Source: a virus (taxonomy: Duplodnaviria > Caudoviricetes). Taken from it: 64,000 nucleotides of DNA. Shown here one piece after another: positions 28,797 through 39,212 of the stretch (within the stretch, counting starts at the first letter, position 1; each line of letters begins with the position of its first letter). Under the pieces are notes generated by a model. That model made no database searches, was not told where the DNA came from, and saw only the letters and a program-made list of their open reading frames with translations. The stretch lies in IMG/VR virus record IMGVR_UViG_2675903043_000002, positions 1-64,000 of that record, one strand, 5' to 3'. Made by a program: the position numbers and the translations under genes.

Positions 28797-29075
28797 ATGA
28801 ACAAGACCGAACTGATTGAGCAGATTGCTAAACGCGCCAACTTAACCAAAGCAGATGCGGGCCGTGCCTTGAACGCCGCACTTGATACCATCATTGAAAC
28901 CGTGAGAGAGGGGGGTAATGTGGCTTTACCTGGTTTTGGTTCGTTCAAAACAGCTCAACGCGCTGCCCGAGAGGGCAAGAACCCCAGGACAGGCGAGAAA
29001 CTCTCGATCGCTGCGACAACCGTGCCGAGATTCGCTGCCGGTGCAACCTTCAAGAGCGCGGTTGCCAAAAAATAG
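28797..29075 (+). CDS. hup: HU-family histone-like DNA-binding protein
   Basis: MNKTELIEQIA...GFGSF...RAAREGKNPRTGE...VPRFAAG. Confidence 0.95.
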   Translation: MNKTELIEQIAKRANLTKADAGRALNAALDTIIETVREGGNVALPGFGSFKTAQRAAREGKNPRTGEKLSIAATTVPRFAAGATFKSAVAKK

Positions 29076-29132
29076 CCGAGTTAAAACCAAAATCTACACG
29101 GAGCGGCATCTGCCGCTCTTGGCATGGGTCAC

Positions 29133-29618
29133 TTACGTTATGCGATATACTCGCTCACTTGCCTCTGCTTTTTCAGAGGTGATAGTCAGTCCGAGCTTTT
29201 TCTTTAGCGTCCCAGCTAGAGCCCCTCTCACCGTGTGCGCTTGCCATCCTGTCATCTCACAAAGCTGATCGATGGTTGTGCCTTCAGGACGCTTAAGCAT
29301 GGCAATCATCTGTGCTCGCTTGCTATTGTCGCGCGAGCGAGGTTTATGGGGTTGAGTGGCTTTTGTTTCTTTAACCGAATCCGATGCTGCAGGGGTAAAC
29401 GATGCTCGACGCGGCAATCCCAAGGCTTGATAGCCTTGTTCTGAAACAAACCAATCAGTTTTATCAATGGTAATCAAACCGCGGTTAAACATGCTCTCGA
29501 TCACTTTCGATCTAGCTCCACCCTTGAGGTTATCGGGAAACCAGATCAGTTTGCCGTCCGTATGTGCGGCAGCATGGCTAATAATTTGTTGTTGTGCGGG
29601 ACTCAGCTTGATGGTCAT
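29133..29618 (-). CDS. DUF3489 domain protein
   Basis: SKRAQMIAMLKRPEGTT...TGWQAHTVRGALAGTLKKKLGL. Confidence 0.85.
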   Translation of the reverse strand: MTIKLSPAQQQIISHAAAHTDGKLIWFPDNLKGGARSKVIESMFNRGLITIDKTDWFVSEQGYQALGLPRRASFTPAASDSVKETKATQPHKPRSRDNSKRAQMIAMLKRPEGTTIDQLCEMTGWQAHTVRGALAGTLKKKLGLTITSEKAEASERVYRIT

Positions 29619-29630
29619 GTAGCTTTCTCC

Positions 29631-29828
29631 TTAAACATTATGAATCTTTGCAGCCTGCTCGAAGCCAACCCAGGCACCGTTCTGATCCAGGCCACGTGAG
29701 GCTAATTCTTCGCGTGCCAGGCGGTTCAGATCCAATTCACCGCGTGCCGCCGCAACGAGCACCTTGGTCAATGCAGTCTGGATAAAACCAATTTCATCGA
29801 TCGTATAACCGTTGGTGGTGTAGCTCAT
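29631..29828 (-). CDS. Small phage hypothetical protein
   Basis: AAARGELDLNRLAREELASRGLD..G.WVGF; AGGAG RBS. Confidence 0.75.
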   Translation of the reverse strand: MSYTTNGYTIDEIGFIQTALTKVLVAAARGELDLNRLAREELASRGLDQNGAWVGFEQAAKIHNV

Positions 29829-29860
29829 TTTTTCTCCTGCTATTTATTAATGACGGTGCT

Positions 29861-29891
29861 ATGAACGCTTCACTTGAGCAAAAAGACAAGC
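29861..29891 (-). promoter_or_regulatory. Promoter-like motif GCTTGWCTT-N16-GTTCAT (copy 1)
   Basis: Minus strand GCTTGTCTTTTTGCTCAAGTGAAGCGTTCAT; same length and ends as 54260-54290. Confidence 0.5.
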
Positions 29892-29931
29892 AGAACATGC
29901 ACTTTCTTCAATCAAATGATTGATTATGATC

Positions 29932-30444
29932 ATGGGGTTATCGATTCGCGCCTACGCTCGTCATCGCGGTGTTTCCCATGTTGCCGTGATCAAAGCAGTC
30001 GAAGCTGGACGGATTACGCAACAAGCCGATGGCACTATTAATCCTGAGCAGGCAGACCGAGAGTGGGAGCAGAACACCGCCTCTCCACGCAAGAAGAATT
30101 TCATGCAAAATCACACAGCCGCAGAGTCGATTTCCTCAACGAGTTCTGCTAATGGCACCTCGCTATTGCAAGCGCGCACGGTCAATGAAGTGGTCAAAGC
30201 GCAGACGAACAAAGTACGCCTCGCCCAACTCAAGGGCGAACTCGTCGATCGACCACAGGCCATTGCGCATGTATTCCAGCTGGCTCGTACGGAGCGCGAT
30301 GCTTGGCTCAATTGGCCCGCGCGCATCTCGGCGCAACTCGCCGCCAAACTCGACGTCGATCCGCATGCGATGCACGTCGCGTTGGAAGCCGCCGTGCGTG
30401 AGCATCTACAGGAACTCGGTGAACTGCGCCCCAGGATAGATTGA
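29932..30444 (+). CDS. Terminase small subunit (Nu1-like)
   Basis: N-terminal HTH MGLSIRAYARHRGVS, LKGELVDR; overlaps the large subunit. Confidence 0.8.
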   Translation: MGLSIRAYARHRGVSHVAVIKAVEAGRITQQADGTINPEQADREWEQNTASPRKKNFMQNHTAAESISSTSSANGTSLLQARTVNEVVKAQTNKVRLAQLKGELVDRPQAIAHVFQLARTERDAWLNWPARISAQLAAKLDVDPHAMHVALEAAVREHLQELGELRPRID

Positions 30445-32408
30445 TGCAGATTGAGAATTACGAAGGGGCTCTCGAGATCGAGCGCGCCTGGCGCGAGGGT
30501 TTAACGCCTGATCCGTTACTTACGGTATCTGAATGGGCTGATCGCCATCGGATACTGTCGAGCAAAGCATCGGCTGAACCGGGGCGTTGGCGCACCAGCC
30601 GCACGCCTTATTTGAAAGCGATCATGGATTGCCTGTCGCCGATGTCACCGATCGAGCGCGTGGTGTTCATGAAGGCGGCTCAGCTCGGAGCGACCGAAAT
30701 GGGCAATAACTGGATAGGCTACGTGATCCATCACGCTCCAGGCCCGATGATGGCAGTGTCACCCACCGTGGAAATGGCCAAGCGCAACTCCAAACAGCGC
30801 ATCGACCCATTGATCGAAGAATCTCCCGCGCTAGCTGAGCTGATCGCACCCGCCAGGAGCCGCGATGCAGGCAACACGATACTAGCCAAGGAATTTCGCG
30901 GCGGAGTATTGGTGATGACCGGCGCCAACAGCGCAGTGGGTTTGCGCTCGATGCCGGTGCGCTACCTATTTCTCGATGAGGTGGATGGTTATCCGCTGGA
31001 TGTCGAGGGCGAAGGTGATGCCATCTCGCTGGCAGAAGCACGCACCCGCACCTTTGCCCGTCGCAAGATCTTCATCGTGTCAACGCCAACCATATCGGGG
31101 GCGAGCGCCATCGAGCGCGAGTATGAAGCGAGTGATCAGCGTCGCTACTTCGTGCCCTGCCCGCATTGCTCACACCGTCAATGGTTGCGTTTCGAACAAT
31201 TGCGCTGGCAGAAAAGCCAACCAGAAACGGTAGCTTACGTTTGCGAATCTTGTGCCCAACCAATTGCTGAGCATCATAAGACCTGGATGCTGGAATGCGG
31301 TGAGTGGCGCGCCATGGCATCAGAAAATGGAAGCAAGACCGCTGGTTTTCATCTGTCCAGTCTCTATAGTCCCATCGGCTGGCGTAGCTGGCGGGATATC
31401 GCCGCTGCCTGGGAAGGCGCCATCAACAAGGAATCTGGCTCGGCTTCCGCCATCAAGACTTTCAAGAACACCGAACTGGGTGAGACCTGGTTAGAAGAAG
31501 GCGAAGCGCCTGATTGGCAACAGCTACTTGAGCGGCGTGAGGATTACCAGATTGGCATGATCCCTCTAAGTGGCCTGCTCCTCACCGGTGGCGCCGATAT
31601 TCAAAAAGACCGCATCGAAGTTTCGATCTGGGCCTTTGGCCGTGGCAAGGAATCCTGGCTGATCGAACATCGTGTACTGATGGGCGACACCGCACGCGAT
31701 AGCGTGTGGCAAAGCTTGGCGCACATGATCATGGAGACATGGACGCATGAATCGGGTGCTGCTATGCCGCTTGCACGTTTTGCCATCGATACCGGTTTTG
31801 CCACGCAGGAGGCTTATGCTTTTGTGCGCTCGGTTAAAGACTCCAGAATCATGGCGGTCAAGGGAATAGCACGTGGCGCGGCGCTAGTGGGTACACCTAC
31901 AGCCGTGGATGCTACCACCCGTGGCAAGAAGCTGCGCCGTGGGGTGAAAGTATTTTCAGTAGCAGGTGGCATCGCCAAGCAGGAGCTTTACAACAATTTA
32001 CGCAAGCACATCGACACCAACGAGGATGGGGTCATTAACTACCCGGCTGGTTTCATGCATCTGCCCAAGGTGGATGCCGAATTCGTGCAGCAACTATGTG
32101 CCGAGCAACTCGTCACCAGACGCAACCGCCATGGTTTCGCCATTCGCGAATGGCAGAAGATCCGCGAACGCAATGAAGCGCTCGACTGCTATGTGTATGC
32201 CCGGGCAGCAGCAAGTCTGGCAGGACTAGACCGATTCGAAGAACGCCATTGGCGCGAACTGGAAAAGCAGCTTGGTATTTTTGAACCGCCATCCGCACCA
32301 CAACCGATGACTATCAACCATCACAACGACACTACAGCCAGTGAACCCACCGCTTCCATAGAAACAAAACGAAGCAGGCGGTTGATTCGTAGCCGCTGGA
32401 TGACATAA
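30441..32408 (+). CDS. Terminase large subunit (lambda GpA family)
   Basis: KAAQLGAT, LFLDEVD, STPT, YFVPCPHC and RNEALDC motifs. Confidence 0.95.
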   Translation: MMQIENYEGALEIERAWREGLTPDPLLTVSEWADRHRILSSKASAEPGRWRTSRTPYLKAIMDCLSPMSPIERVVFMKAAQLGATEMGNNWIGYVIHHAPGPMMAVSPTVEMAKRNSKQRIDPLIEESPALAELIAPARSRDAGNTILAKEFRGGVLVMTGANSAVGLRSMPVRYLFLDEVDGYPLDVEGEGDAISLAEARTRTFARRKIFIVSTPTISGASAIEREYEASDQRRYFVPCPHCSHRQWLRFEQLRWQKSQPETVAYVCESCAQPIAEHHKTWMLECGEWRAMASENGSKTAGFHLSSLYSPIGWRSWRDIAAAWEGAINKESGSASAIKTFKNTELGETWLEEGEAPDWQQLLERREDYQIGMIPLSGLLLTGGADIQKDRIEVSIWAFGRGKESWLIEHRVLMGDTARDSVWQSLAHMIMETWTHESGAAMPLARFAIDTGFATQEAYAFVRSVKDSRIMAVKGIARGAALVGTPTAVDATTRGKKLRRGVKVFSVAGGIAKQELYNNLRKHIDTNEDGVINYPAGFMHLPKVDAEFVQQLCAEQLVTRRNRHGFAIREWQKIRERNEALDCYVYARAAASLAGLDRFEERHWRELEKQLGIFEPPSAPQPMTINHHNDTTASEPTASIETKRSRRLIRSRWMT

Positions 32409-32445
32409 GGCACAACGCAATTTTACTCCAAAGTTATAACCATTC

Positions 32446-32643
32446 ATGGCCTACACCCAAGATCAACTGACTGCTCTGGAAATAGCGCTGGCACGCGGTG
32501 AACATCGCGTCACGTTTGCCGACAAAACAGTGGAATATCGCTCGGTGGAGGACCTCAAAGCAGCAATCCGCGAAGTCAAGCGTGGATTGAAGATTACAAA
32601 CTCACCCCGTCAAATTCGCGTAACCAGCAACAAAGGGTTCTGA
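32446..32643 (+). CDS. Head-tail joining protein (gpW-like)
   Basis: Between terminase and portal; LARGEHRVTFADKTVEYRS. Confidence 0.8.
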   Translation: MAYTQDQLTALEIALARGEHRVTFADKTVEYRSVEDLKAAIREVKRGLKITNSPRQIRVTSNKGF

Positions 32644-34070
32644 TGAGTTTTTTCTCTACTATTCGCCGCCGCTTGTTCGGAACCAACGGCGCACCTATCT
32701 ATGATGGCGTGGGCTCAGGCCGCCGCAGCCTTGCCTGGATGCCGGTCAATCTGGGTGCAGTCAGTGCTCTGGCCTATGCGCAAGATGATCTGCGCGCCAA
32801 GAGCCGGGATCTGGTACGACGTAATGCGTGGGCCGCTGCAGGTGTGGAAGCTTTCGTAGCCAATGCCATCGGTACCGGTATCAAGCCCCAGTCGATGGTT
32901 AAAGACCAGGCGATACGCGAAACGATTCATGCGCTGTGGTGGGATTGGGTCGAGGAGGCCGATGCGGCCGGACTCACCGATTTCTATGGCTTACAATCAC
33001 TCAGCGTCAGGGCCATGTTGGAAGGCGGTGAAGCGTTCATCCGGATTCGGCTGCGTCGACCCGAAGATGATCTCAGCGTGCCGCTGCAATTGCAGGTATT
33101 GGAACCCGAACATGTGCCCATCACTTATAACACGGTAGCCAGCAATGGTAACAGTATCCGCTGTGGTATCGAATTCGACAGCCTCGGGCGACGTGTGGCG
33201 TATTGGATGTATCGCTCGCATCCGGACGATGCGCTGCTGGCTCCTATGAGTGGTGCAGGTGGGAGTCTCATTCCGGTGCGGATACCCGCCACAGAGGTCA
33301 TTCATCTGTTTCGCCCCTTGCGACCCGGTCAGATTCGCGGTGAGCCGTGGCTCGCACGTGCGCTGATCAAATTGCATGAACTCGACCAGTACGATGATGC
33401 CGAACTCGTGCGTAAAAAGACCGCTGCCATGTTCGCAGGCTTCATAACCCGCTTGAGTCCAGAAGATAATCTGATGGGCGAAGGTATGACCGATGCCAAT
33501 GGAGTAGCACTGGCAGGATTAGAGCCTGGCACCTTGCAGATTCTCGAACCCGGCGAAGACATCAAGTTCAGCCAACCTGCTGACGTAGGTTCAAGTTACT
33601 CGGAATTCATGCGCCAGCAATTTAGAGCGGTGGCTGCTGCCATGGGGATCACTTACGAGATGCTCACCGGTGATCTGACGCAAGTGAATTATTCCAGCAT
33701 TCGTGCAGGCCTTTTGGAATTTCGCCGTCGTTGTGAGGCGATCCAACACAGCGTGATTGTGCATCAGCTTTGTCGCCCAGTCTTTCGCGTCTGGATGGAA
33801 CAGGCGGTCTTGGCAGGTGCGCTGATTCTACCCAGCTATGCAACTCGCCGCCGTGCCTATCAATCGGTCAAGTGGATTCCACAGGGCTGGCAATGGGTCG
33901 ATCCGTTAAAGGAAACCGAAGCCATGAAATCAGCGATTCGCTCTGGTCTCATGAGTCGCTCTGAGGCGATTTCCGCCAATGGCTATGACGCCGAAGACGT
34001 CGATCGAGAGATTGCAGCAGATAACGAGCGGGCAGACAGTCTGGGGCTCATTTTCGATTCAGATCCCCGC
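32643..34070 (+). CDS. Lambda-family portal protein, exon 1 (476 codons)
   Basis: RPGQIRGEPW, NYSSIRAG and WVDPLKE motifs; ends at ...DSDPR directly before the intron's GTGCG. Confidence 0.92.
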
Positions 34071-36492
34071 GTGCGACGTGAAAAGTCGCGCAAGTAATTG
34101 TTGTACTTGATGAAAAAAAAAAGATACAACCGGTTGTGCCCTCAACCGTAACCTACCGACACAGGCGAAACTGGTAACGGTTTGGTCTGAAGCTGTCGGA
34201 ACAATGTAATCCTCTTCCTTCGGGAAGTAAGGTGAAATCGCGAGATAGAACCGAAGCTGTCAGCACAAAGACGACGGGATGCTAGGTTGGATGATATGGT
34301 CAACACAAGTGAACTACCGATAAACCTCGTTACAGAAGAACGAGCCAAAAGTGCTGATAGGCTCGAACCAAAAGGTATGCAGTCGGTTATTCGGTTACGG
34401 GTTCCGAATACAGGGACAAATGACTGTCGGGGAAGAGGTGGGACCTAAACCATTCTTTGTTATTTGCGTGGAACACGGCAAGCCTATATCGCTGCTTGAT
34501 GATGGATGCAAGCAGATTGACCGCAAGGGAAATTGATGGCGATGTAGGTAGAGGAGGCAGGAAAAAGCAAATGCTGCGCTGTAATGGCGCAGATAGAGAT
34601 TGCAACATCATCTCGCGCGAAAGCGAGCCCACTTCCTGCTGGTCTTTCTTGGTGAGAAAATTTGTAGAACCTTTTAAGGATGAAAAGCAAATGAATGCGG
34701 CGTCTGCCGTGTGTGCATCACCCGACATTGATTCACTTTGGCACCGCATTGACTGGGCCGAAGCGCATCGTTACGTCAGAAGGCTGCAAGTGCGTATTGC
34801 CAAGGCAACACAGGAAGGCCGCTGGGGCAAGGTGAAAGCCTTGCAATGGCTGCTGACCCACTCGTTCTACGGCAAAGCAATAGCCGTCAAACGAGTGACT
34901 GAAAACGATGGCAAGCGAACGCCCGGTGTGGATGGTGAGCTGTGGCCTAGGCCGCAGAACAAAGCCCGCGCTGTGCAATCGCTCAAACGTCGAGGGTATC
35001 GAGCGCAACCCCTGCGCCGTGTCTATATTCCTAAAACGAACGGAAAACAGCGCCCGCTGGGTATCCCAACGATGAAAGACCGTGCTATGCAAGCGCTTTA
35101 TGCGCTGGCACTAGATCCCATCGCGGAAACCAAGGCAGATGTCAACTCCTACGGCTTTCGCCTTGAACGTTGTACCGCTGATGCGATTGAGCAATGCTTT
35201 ACGGCACTGTCCAAACGCTGGGCGGCACAATGGATTCTGGAGGCGGATATCCGTGCCTGCTTTGATCACATTAGCCACGAATGGCTGCTGCAAAACATCC
35301 CAACCGATAGCGGGATGCTCAAACAGTGGCTCAAGACAGGCTACGTGGATCAAAGGCAATGGTTCGCAACGGATGCAGGCACACCGCAGGGCGGGGTCAT
35401 TTCGCCCATTCTGATGAACATGACCTTGGATGGCCTAGAAGAACAACTCATTGCTCGCTTCCAGACTTCCAAGTTTGGTAAGCGCAGCCAGTACGTGGCG
35501 GACAAATACCAAGTCAACTTCTGCCGTTATGCTGATGACTTCATCATTACCGGTAAATCCCAGGAAATACTCGAACATGAAGTGCTGCCTTTGGTGCAAG
35601 ATTTCCTGCGCCAACGCGGTTTGGAACTCTCTTCGGAGAAAACCCGCATCATGCATATCGACGAGGGTTTTGACTTTCTTGGTCAAAACGTCCGCAAGTA
35701 CAAAGGCAAGTTGCTGATCAAACCATCACGCAAGAACATTCTCGCGTTTCTGGAAGATATACGCAAAACCATCAAGAGCAACGCGCAAGCCAAGACGGAA
35801 TACTTGATTGGGCTGCTCAACTCGAAAATCCGGGGCTGGGTGAACTACCACAAGACTGTCGTGGCCAAGCAGGCATTCGAATGGATAGATATGCAAATCT
35901 TCCATGCATTATGGCGATGGGCAGTGCGTCGTCACCCCGCAAAAGGGAAACGATGGATAAGACAACGTTACTTCAAGTGTATTGGCCAACGCCAATGGCA
36001 CTTTGCGGCGGACTTCATAAACCATCGTGGCGAGCGCAAGCAAAAGCGCCTTCTGTATGCCGCATCAACCCCCGTTGGCAAACGGCATATCAAAATACGG
36101 GGCGCAGCCAATCCGTATGACCCGCAGTATGAGCACTATTTTGAGAAGCGCAGAGGGTACCGCATGCTGGACACAAGCCGGCATACGCGGCGCTTGGTCA
36201 GATTATACGCTGAACAGGGCGGGGTTTGCCCCGTCTGTAAACAGCCCATTTATCTTGAACAAGGGTTCAATGTCCACCACATCGTACCCCGTGTGATGGG
36301 TGGTAGTGACCGTCTCTCAAACTTGATACTGCTGCATCCGAATTGCCACCGCCAAGTGCATAGCCAGAATTTGAACGTTGTGAAACCGGCTCCCCATAAG
36401 GAGCTTTGAAAGGCTTGAGCCGGATGAGATAGAAATACTCATGTCCGGTTCTTAGGGGGCGATGGTGTAGCGATGCACTGCTGCTACCCGAC
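34071..36492 (+). mobile_element. Group II intron (IIB / chloroplast-like class)
   Basis: 5' GTGCG at 34071; domain V GAGCCGGATGAGATAGAAATACTCATGTCCGGTTC near 36417-36451; domain VI ending CTACCCGAC at 36492; encodes an RT/maturase. Confidence 0.93.
34691..36409 (+). CDS. ltrA: Group II intron reverse transcriptase/maturase with HNH endonuclease
   Basis: RVT_N (RRLQVRIAKA), RPLGIPT, GTPQGGVISP, YADD, X domain (IRGWVNY), CPVC...HHIVP...NLILLHPNCH. Confidence 0.95.
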   Translation: MNAASAVCASPDIDSLWHRIDWAEAHRYVRRLQVRIAKATQEGRWGKVKALQWLLTHSFYGKAIAVKRVTENDGKRTPGVDGELWPRPQNKARAVQSLKRRGYRAQPLRRVYIPKTNGKQRPLGIPTMKDRAMQALYALALDPIAETKADVNSYGFRLERCTADAIEQCFTALSKRWAAQWILEADIRACFDHISHEWLLQNIPTDSGMLKQWLKTGYVDQRQWFATDAGTPQGGVISPILMNMTLDGLEEQLIARFQTSKFGKRSQYVADKYQVNFCRYADDFIITGKSQEILEHEVLPLVQDFLRQRGLELSSEKTRIMHIDEGFDFLGQNVRKYKGKLLIKPSRKNILAFLEDIRKTIKSNAQAKTEYLIGLLNSKIRGWVNYHKTVVAKQAFEWIDMQIFHALWRWAVRRHPAKGKRWIRQRYFKCIGQRQWHFAADFINHRGERKQKRLLYAASTPVGKRHIKIRGAANPYDPQYEHYFEKRRGYRMLDTSRHTRRLVRLYAEQGGVCPVCKQPIYLEQGFNVHHIVPRVMGGSDRLSNLILLHPNCHRQVHSQNLNVVKPAPHKEL

Positions 36493-36549
36493 CATGGCAA
36501 ATCGGGTGAAACGAGTTCATTTTCAGCCAATCAACCCTCGCAGGAATAA
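36493..36549 (+). CDS. Portal protein exon 2 (HGKSGETSSFSANQPSQE*)
   Basis: In frame with exon 1 after splicing, giving FDSDPRH...; stop TAA ends just before the protease ATG at 36552. Confidence 0.85.
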   Translation, partial: HGKSGETSSFSANQPSQE

Positions 36550-36551
36550 CC

Positions 36552-37808
36552 ATGCAGTTACCCCATATTGCAGCACGCCTCTACGGCACGCCACTGCTCA
36601 TCAATCGTTCCAAATTGGATGTGATTCTGTCGGTGCTTGGTAGTCGCATTGGTGGATCGGATACTAATATGATCGTACCATTATCTGCTCGCCGCGATCA
36701 ACCAACGGGCAGTAGTGGTGTAGCAGTCATTCCCGTACAAGGCACACTGGTCAAGCGCACGCTGGGACTGGAAGCTGCCTCGGGACTCACAAGTTACACC
36801 GAGATTCAAACCCTACTGAGTGCAGCGCTGCGCGATCCCTCTGTACGCGGCATTCTACTCGATGTCGATTCTCCAGGAGGCGAAACGGGCGGCGTATTCG
36901 AGTTGGCTGAATTTATCCGTACAGCCTCAACGATTAAGCCTATCTGGGCGATCGCTAACGATAGCGCCTTCTCCGCAGCATATGCCATTGCGTGTGCTGC
37001 ATCCAGAATCATCACCACGCGTACAGGTGGCGTAGGCAGTATCGGCGTCATCGCCCTGCACGTCGATCAATCCGCAGCCGACAGTAAAAACGGTCTTCGC
37101 TACACCGCGATCACGGCAGGTGCACATAAAAGTGACTACTCGCCGCATGAGCCATTATCGAGCGAGGCACAGGCACGACTCCAGGCAGAGGTAAACCGCC
37201 TGTATGACTTGTTTGTGGCTCATGTCGCCACCATGCGTGCTGTTTCAGAAGACTCAGTGCGCGCAACCGAAGCAGGCCTCTACTTCGGCCCAGAAGCGAT
37301 CCAGACAGGTCTTGCAGACAGTCTCATGAGTTTTGATGAAGTGCTCACCGAATTTAACACTTTTCTTACCCCGCAGGGCCGTTCGCGCAGTCCGGCCCGG
37401 GCGCAAACTCAGGTCGGCTGCGCAACCCATCACAAGGAATTCAACATGCCAGAAAATCATGAAGCACCTGATGAACAGACACACGAACGCGACGCAAATG
37501 TCGAAACCAATTCGACTCTTGAGGCCACCGCATCGGTTACAGATTTTCGCGAGGAAATACGCCGCGAGACGCAAGCGATCGCGGAGCTATGCCTCATCGC
37601 AGGCTGCCCGGCTAAAGCAGCTGAGTTTATCGCGCAAGGTTTGAATGAAGCTCAAGTGCGTCAATTGCTGCTCACGATGAAAGCAACCCATCAGTCAGCG
37701 GAGATTCTTTCTACCATCGACCCCGATAAGACTGCAATTCAGGAACCGGCTGCGTCTGTCCATAACCCACTGATTGCCGCAGTCAAAAAAATTTCTGTCA
37801 AGGAGTAA
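36552..37808 (+). CDS. S49 capsid maturation protease with scaffold C-terminus (gpC/Nu3-like)
   Basis: LDVDSPGG, AFSAAYAIA and GVGSIGV motifs. Confidence 0.92.
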   Translation: MQLPHIAARLYGTPLLINRSKLDVILSVLGSRIGGSDTNMIVPLSARRDQPTGSSGVAVIPVQGTLVKRTLGLEAASGLTSYTEIQTLLSAALRDPSVRGILLDVDSPGGETGGVFELAEFIRTASTIKPIWAIANDSAFSAAYAIACAASRIITTRTGGVGSIGVIALHVDQSAADSKNGLRYTAITAGAHKSDYSPHEPLSSEAQARLQAEVNRLYDLFVAHVATMRAVSEDSVRATEAGLYFGPEAIQTGLADSLMSFDEVLTEFNTFLTPQGRSRSPARAQTQVGCATHHKEFNMPENHEAPDEQTHERDANVETNSTLEATASVTDFREEIRRETQAIAELCLIAGCPAKAAEFIAQGLNEAQVRQLLLTMKATHQSAEILSTIDPDKTAIQEPAASVHNPLIAAVKKISVKE

Positions 37809-37814
37809 CGCATT

Positions 37815-38189
37815 ATGGCTGTTATTAATGAATCCCTTTATCTTGGCGACCTCGTCAAATACGAAGAAAGCCACCGCTATTCGCGCAGACAGGAATTGGT
37901 CGCATCCGGCCAGAATCTGGGTTTAGGCACCGTTGTTGGACGCAAAACAAGTGACGGCAAGATTTATGCCTTGAACCCTGCTGCCACTGATGGCACCCAG
38001 ACTGCAGTAGGTGTTCTGATCGAAGCAGTCGATGCCACACTGCTCGATAAAGACGGCCTCATTCTTGCACGCCATGCCATCGTCGCGGATAAAGCCTTGG
38101 TATGGCCTGCCGGCATCACCAATCCGCAGAAGATCACCGCCCTCACCCAACTTGAAGCTAGCGGCGTACTGGTCTATCAAAGCGCTTAG
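37815..38189 (+). CDS. Head decoration protein (gpD-like)
   Basis: Between protease and capsid; LGTVVG and DGTQTAVGVL motifs. Confidence 0.85.
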   Translation: MAVINESLYLGDLVKYEESHRYSRRQELVASGQNLGLGTVVGRKTSDGKIYALNPAATDGTQTAVGVLIEAVDATLLDKDGLILARHAIVADKALVWPAGITNPQKITALTQLEASGVLVYQSA

Positions 38190-38207
38190 CCTACCTGGAG
38201 AACACCT

Positions 38208-39212
38208 ATGCAGAATCCCTTTCTCAATCCCGCTTTCTCGATGGCAAGCCTCACCGCTGCCATTAATCTCATCCCCAATCGCTATGGGCGCATTGGTGAG
38301 TTAAATTTATTTAATGCCAACCCGGTTATCCAACGCAACATCGTGGTGGAGGAAATACATGGCATTCTGAATCTGCTGCCTACTCTACCCCCTGGTTCAC
38401 CTGGCACGGTCGGCACCCAGGGCAAACGTAAAGTGCGCTCTTTTATTGTGCCGCACATTCCACATGATGATGTGGTGCTACCGGAGGAAGTCCAGGGTAT
38501 CCGTGCTTTTGGCTCAGAAAATCAACTGGAAGCCATTGCCGGCGTGATGGCACGTAAACTTGCCACCATGCGCAACAAGCACGCGATCACTCTGGAACAT
38601 CTGCGCATGGGCGCACTCAAAGGTCAGATCCTTGATGCCGATGGCAGCGTGATCTACGATCTTTTTACTGAGTTCAACGTCACGCAGTCCACGATTAACT
38701 TCCAGCTAAGCAGTAGCACGACCAAGGTCAAAGTTAAATGCAATGAAGTGCTGCGCACTATCGAGAAGAATCTGTTGGGTGAAGTAGCGACCGGCGTGCG
38801 CGTATTATGCTCGCCACAGTTCTTCGATGCGCTCACCTCTCACGATAATGTCGAGAAGGCGTTTGCGTTTTATCAGCAAGGCGCAGCCCTGATCGATGAT
38901 ACGCGTAGCGGGTTTCGCTTCGGTGGACTCGTATTTGAAGAGTATGTCGGTTTTGCTACCGATGCAGCCGGCACCATACGTAAATTCATTCCGGACAATG
39001 AAGCGATCGCGTTTCCCGAAGGAACGCTCGATACATTTGCTACTTATTTTTCCCCAGCGGATTTCAATGAAACGGTCAATACTTTGGGTCAAGAACTGTA
39101 TGCCAAGCAAGAGCCGCGCAAATTTGAGCGTGGCACCGATCTGCACACGCAGAGTAATCCCTTGCCGATGTGCCACCGCCCAGGCGTACTACTGAAACTC
39201 ACGGCTTCCTGA
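38208..39212 (+). CDS. Major capsid protein (lambda gpE family)
   Basis: PHIPHDDVVLPEEVQG, ITLEHLRMGALKG and HTQSNPLPMC motifs. Confidence 0.92.
   Translation: MQNPFLNPAFSMASLTAAINLIPNRYGRIGELNLFNANPVIQRNIVVEEIHGILNLLPTLPPGSPGTVGTQGKRKVRSFIVPHIPHDDVVLPEEVQGIRAFGSENQLEAIAGVMARKLATMRNKHAITLEHLRMGALKGQILDADGSVIYDLFTEFNVTQSTINFQLSSSTTKVKVKCNEVLRTIEKNLLGEVATGVRVLCSPQFFDALTSHDNVEKAFAFYQQGAALIDDTRSGFRFGGLVFEEYVGFATDAAGTIRKFIPDNEAIAFPEGTLDTFATYFSPADFNETVNTLGQELYAKQEPRKFERGTDLHTQSNPLPMCHRPGVLLKLTAS

Noticed and set aside
34071-34097. Portal C-terminus VRREKSRK as given in the ORF track
   Set aside because: These codons are intron sequence; the native end is exon 2 at 36493-36549.
34457-34690. TTG-started N-terminal extension of the intron protein
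   Set aside because: It overlaps intron RNA domains; ATG 34691 with an upstream AAGGA is the more plausible start.
34457-36409. Reverse transcriptase as a DGR or retron diversifying tail genes
   Set aside because: It has maturase and HNH domains and is enclosed by canonical group II intron ends. I saw no TR/VR pair, avd gene or msr-msd.
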